Positions 59,240-64,000 of a DNA stretch of 64,000 nucleotides are shown piece after piece (within the stretch, counting starts at the first letter, position 1; each line of letters begins with the position of its first letter). A program made the position numbers and the translations under genes. The notes under the pieces were generated by a model. The model was not told the DNA's origin, did not search any database, and saw only the letters and a list, made by a program, of their open reading frames with translations. Location of the stretch: assembly GCF_009914755.1 (NCBI RefSeq), contig NC_060940.1, one strand, 5' to 3'. This DNA is from the human T2T-CHM13v2.0 reference genome, Homo sapiens.

Positions 59240-62200
59240 TGATGATTCCATTCATGTCGATTTGGTGATTCCATTTGACTTCATTTGATGATGATTCCTT
59301 TCAAGTTCATTAGATGATTCCATTCGATTCCATTTGATGATGATCCCATTCGAGTCCATTCAGTGATTCCATTCGTTTCCATTCCATGATGATTCCATTC
59401 CTTTCCATTCAATGATTCCATTCGATTCCGTTTGATGATGATTTCATTCGAGTCCATTTGATGATTCCATTTGATTCCATTCGATGATGATTCCATTCGA
59501 GTCCATTCGATGATTCTATTCGAATCCATTTGATGATTTCTTTTGATTATATTTGGTGATGATTCCATTGGAGTCCATTCAATGATTCCATTCTATTCCA
59601 ATCGATGATGATTCCATTAGAGTCCATTTAATGATTCCATTTGATTCCAGTCTCTGATGATTACATTCGAGTCCATACGATGATTCCACTCAATTCCATA
59701 TGATGATGATTCCATTTGATTCCATTCGGTGATTCCATTCTATTCTATTCAATGGTGATTCCATTCGAGTACATTAGATGATTCCATTCGTTTCCATTCA
59801 ATGATGATTCTATTTGTGTCCCTTAGATGATTCCACATGATTCCATTAGATGATGATACTATTTGAGCCCATCCAATGATTCCCTTCGATTCCATTCGAT
59901 GAGGATTCCATTCGATTCAATTCATTGGTGATTCTATTCAATTCAATTCTTTGATTCCATTCCATTCCATTCGACAATGATTCCATTCGATTTCTTTCGA
60001 TGATTCCACTCGATTCCACTTGACATTGATTCCATTCGATTCCATTCATTGATTCCATTTGATTCCAGTGGGTGATGATTGCCATCGATTCCATTCGATC
60101 ACTCCATTCTATTCCATTTGATGATGATTACATTCGATTCCATTTGATGATTCCATCTGATTCTATTCGAGGATTCCATTTGATTCCATTCGATGATGAT
60201 TCCATTCGAGTCCATTCGATGATTTCATTCGAGTACATCCAATGATTCCATTCGAGTCCATTAGATGATTCCATTTGATTCCATTTGAAAATGATTCTAC
60301 TAGAGTCCATTCAATGACTCCATTCGAGTCCATTCAACAATTCCATTCGACTCCATTCGATGATTCCATTCGATTCCATTTGATGGTTCCATTCGAGTCC
60401 ATTTAATCATTACAGTCGAGTCCATTTGGTGATTCCACTGGATTTCTTTTGATAATGATACCATTCAATTGCATTTGATGATGATCCCATTCAATTTCAT
60501 TTGATGATGATTCCATTAGAGTCCATTCGATGATTTCATTCGAGTCCCTTCATTGATTCCATCCGATTTCATTGGATGATGACTCCATTCGAGTCCATTC
60601 GATGATTCCACTCGATTCCATTAGATGACTCCATTGGAGTCCATTTGATTGTTCCATTCGATTCCATTCGATTCCTTTCGAAGATTATTCCATTTGAGTC
60701 CATTCGATGATGATTCCATTCCATTCCATTCCATGATTCCGTTTGATTCCATTCGATGATTCCCTTCGATTCCTTTCTTTGATGATTCCATTCCATTCCA
60801 TTCAATGATTCCATTCGAATCTATTCCATGATGATTCCTTTCGATTCCATTCGCTGATGTTTCCGTTCAATTCCATTCGATGATGATTCCATTCGATTCC
60901 ATTCATTGAGGATTCCATTTGATTCCATTCAATGATGATTCCATTCTATTCCATTCAATGATTGCATTCAATTCCATTCAATGATTATCCCATTAGAGTA
61001 AACTCAACGATTCCATTCAATACCATTCGATGATGATTCCTTTTGAGTCCATTCAATGATTTCATTCAAGTCCATTTGATGATTCCTTTCAATTCCATTC
61101 TATGATGATTCCATTCGAGTCCATTCGATGATTCCATTCGATTGCATTCGATGATTCCATTATATTCCATTCAACGGTGATTCCATTCGAGTCCATTCCA
61201 TGATTCCATTAGAGTACATTTAATGATTGCTTTGTTTTCAATTCGAAGATGATTACATTGGATTCCATTCTATGATACCATTCGATTCCATTCAATGATG
61301 ATTCCACTCAAATCCATTGGATGATTCCATTCGTGTCCATTCGGTGATTTCATTAGATTCCATTCGAGGATGATTCCATTCGATTCCATTCGATGATTCC
61401 ATTCAATTCCATTCGATGATGATTCCATTCCAGTCCATATGATCATTCCATTTGATTTCATTCGATGATGATTCCATTCGATTCGATTCGACGATTCCAT
61501 TCTATTCCATTCGATGATGATTCCATTCGAGTCCATTCGATCATTCCATTCGAGTCCATTTAATGATTCCATTGGGTTCAATTCAATGATGATTACATTG
61601 GATTCCGTTCTATGATTCCATTCAAATCCGTTCATTGACAATTTGATTCCATTCGATGATGATTCCATTTGAGTTCATTCGATGATTCTATTCGATTCTC
61701 TTCGATGGTGATTCAATTCTATTATATTGGATGATTCCATTCGATTCCATTTGATGTTGATTCAATTCGATTCTATTCGATGATGATTCCATTGGATTTC
61801 ACTTGATGATTCTATTCGATTCCATTCAATGATGATTCACTTCTCGTCCATTGGATGATTCCATTTCATTCCATTCGATGATGATTCCATTCGATTCCAT
61901 TCGATGATTCCATTTGATTCCATGCGACGGTGAGCAATTCGATTCAATTCCATGATGATTCTATTTGATTCAATTAGATGATGTTTCCATTCGAATCCAT
62001 TCCATGATTATTCCATTGGAATCCATTCGGCGATGATTCCATATGAGTCAATTCAATGATGATTCCATATGGGTCCGTTCGATGATAATTCCATTTGATT
62101 TCATTCGATGCTTCTATTCTATTCCAGTCGATGATGATTCCGTTGGAGTCCATACGATGATTCCATTTGATTTCATTTGATGATGATTCCATTCGATGAT

Positions 62201-64000
62201 GATTACATTGGATTCCATTCTATGATTCCATTCAATTCCATTCGTTGATGATTCGATTCCATTCAATGATGATTCCATTTGAGTTCATTCGATGATTCTA
62301 TTCGATTCCGTTCGATGGTGATTCAATTCTTTTATATTGGATGATTCCACTCGATTCCATTTGATGATTATTCCATTGGAGTCCACTTAGTGAATCCTTT
62401 AGATTCTACTCGACGATGATTCCATTCGAGTCCATTCGATGATACCATTCAATTCCATTCGTTGATGCTTCCATTCAAGTGCATTCGATGATATCATTTG
62501 ATTCCATTTGATGATAATTCCATTTGATTCCATGCGATGATTCTATTCGATTCCATTCAATGATAATTCCATTCAATTCAGTGATTCCTCTGGACTCCAT
62601 TTGATGATGATTCCATTCAATGATTCCATTCGATTCTATTCGAAAATGATTCCATTTGAATCCATTTGATGATGATTCCATTAGATTCCATTTGATGATT
62701 CCATTCGATTCCATTCGACGATGATTCCATTCGATTCCGTTTGATGATTCCATTCTATTCTATTCGATGATGATTCCATTCGATTCCATTCGATGATGAT
62801 TGGATTCGATTCCATTTGATGATTTCATTTGATTCCATTCGTTAATGATTTCGATCAATTCCATTCGATGATTCCATTCGATTCCATTCGATAATGATTA
62901 CATCCGAGTCCATTCGATGATTCCCTTTGAGCCTGTTCGATAATTCCATTTGAGTCCAACCAATGATTCCATTCATTTCCATTCAATGATTCCATTCGAG
63001 TCCATTTGATCATTCCGGTAGGGTCCATTCGATGTTGATTCCATTGGAGTGCATTCGATGATTCCATTCGAGTCCATTTTAGGATTTGATTCAAGTCCTT
63101 TCGATGATTCCATTCGATTCCACTCGATGATGATTTCATTCGAGTCCATTCGACACTTCCAATCGATTCCATTTGATGATTCCATTCGAGTCCAATTGAT
63201 GATTCCATTCAATTCCATTCGATGATGATTCCCTACGATTCCATTCTGTGATGATTCCATGTGATTGCATTCAATGATGATTCCTTTCGATTGCATTCGA
63301 TTATGATTCATTTCGTGTTCATTCTATGGTTCCACAGGTTTCCATTCGTGTCCATTCCATTATTCCATTCTATTCCATTTGATGATGATTCCATTCGATT
63401 CCATTCATTGGTGATTCCACTCAATTCCATTCAATGATTCCATTCCATTTCTTTCAACAATGATTCCATTAGTTTCTAATCGATGATCCACTTGATTCCA
63501 TTTGACGACGATTCCATTCTTGTCCATTCGATGATTCCATTTGATTCCATATGATGATGATTCCATTCGATTCCATACCATGATGATTCCATTCGAGTCC
63601 ATTCAATGGTGATTCCATTCAATTCCATTCGATGATTCCTTTTGATTCCATTCGATGATGATGGCATTCGATTCCTTTCAATCATTCCCTTTGATTCCAT
63701 TCAAAGGTGATTTCATTCAAGTCCATTCGATAATTGCATTCGATTCCATTCTATGATGATTCCATTCGAGTCCATTTGATGATTCCATTCAATTCAAGTC
63801 AATGATGATTCCATTCGATTCCATTCGATGATTCCATTGGATTCCATTCGATGATGATTCCATTCAAATCCATTCGATAATTCAATTCAAGTCCATTCGA
63901 TGATGATTCCAATCGAATCCATTCAAAGATTCCATTCAGTTCCATTCGATGATTCCCTTAGATTCCATTCGATGATTCCACTTGATTGCATTTACGATGA
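59240..64000 (+). repeat. Copy 12, cut off by the window end (first 4,761 bp)
   Basis: Collinear with copy 11 at a 6,112 offset to the end of the window. Confidence 0.93.

Larger units (their letters stand above)
1..64000 (+). repeat. HSat2 (HSATII) pericentromeric satellite array with a 6,112-bp higher-order period, probably the HSat2B subfamily (chr16q11.2/D16Z3 type)
   Basis: Continuous diverged CATTC-derived monomers of 23 and 26 bp (ATTCCATTCGAGTCCATTCGATG / ATTCCATTCGATTCCATTCGATGATG), with abundant TCGA and GANTC sites. This is the HSat2 signature rather than the (CATTC)n of HSat3. ORF-track landmarks recur at 6,112 bp (e.g. 34833, 40945, 47057, 53169, 59281). Family call is high confidence; subfamily and chromosome are inferred from the known ~6.1-kb period. 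Confidence 0.96.

Noticed and set aside
42-63700. About 130 short minus-strand ORFs (60-132 aa, MESSSNGIEWNHR-like)
   Set aside because: These are translations of GAATG-derived monomers. The minus strand is ATG-rich and stop-poor by composition, ORFs overlap in different frames, and they appear or vanish with single substitutions. There is no domain similarity or gene structure.
1-64000. CRISPR-like or other repeat-spacer array
   Set aside because: There are no unique spacers between constant repeats, no leader and no cas genes. The 23/26-bp monomers are directly tandem.
1-64000. HSat3, alpha satellite or telomeric repeat
   Set aside because: Pure CATTC runs reach only about three copies, and the ATG/ATGATG spacers and TCGA pattern are HSat2. 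No 171-bp period, CENP-B box or TTAGGG was seen.
1-64000. Transposon insertion or strand inversion within the array
   Set aside because: No poly(A), Alu, L1 or LTR-like sequence was seen and there is no switch to GAATG on the + strand. All length anomalies are explained by three in-array junctions.
1-64000. A previously undescribed gene-based biological system
   Set aside because: Nothing in the window supports one. The sequence is a known satellite family, and only its local structural variants and recombination history may be undescribed.

Overview
The whole 64-kb window is non-coding classical satellite DNA of the human satellite 2 (HSat2/HSATII) family. It is built from diverged 23/26-bp monomers (ATTCCATTCG-A[T/G]TCCATTCG-ATG[ATG]) that are all in one orientation, CATTC strand on +. 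These monomers form a 6,112-bp higher-order unit, which matches the ~6.1-kb period established for the HSat2B array at chromosome 16q11.2 (D16Z3); the chromosome assignment is inferred. Taking the landmark TGATGATTCCATTCATGTCGATTTGG as an arbitrary unit start, copies begin at 1, 6113, 8012, 14124, 16528, 22640, 28752, 34792, 40904, 47016, 53128 and 59240. Three copies are structural variants (1,899, 2,404 and 6,040 bp), and their junctions can be resolved to within a few bases. I found no genes, RNA genes, transposon insertions, inversions or CRISPR arrays, and all listed ORFs are artefacts of translating the satellite. I cannot support a new gene-based system here. The real signal is the turnover history of the array: a probable 8,011-bp out-of-register duplication, microhomology junctions, local clades of near-identical copies, mosaic or converted copies, and older internal duplications inside the unit. 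All comparisons were made by eye and need confirming by alignment.
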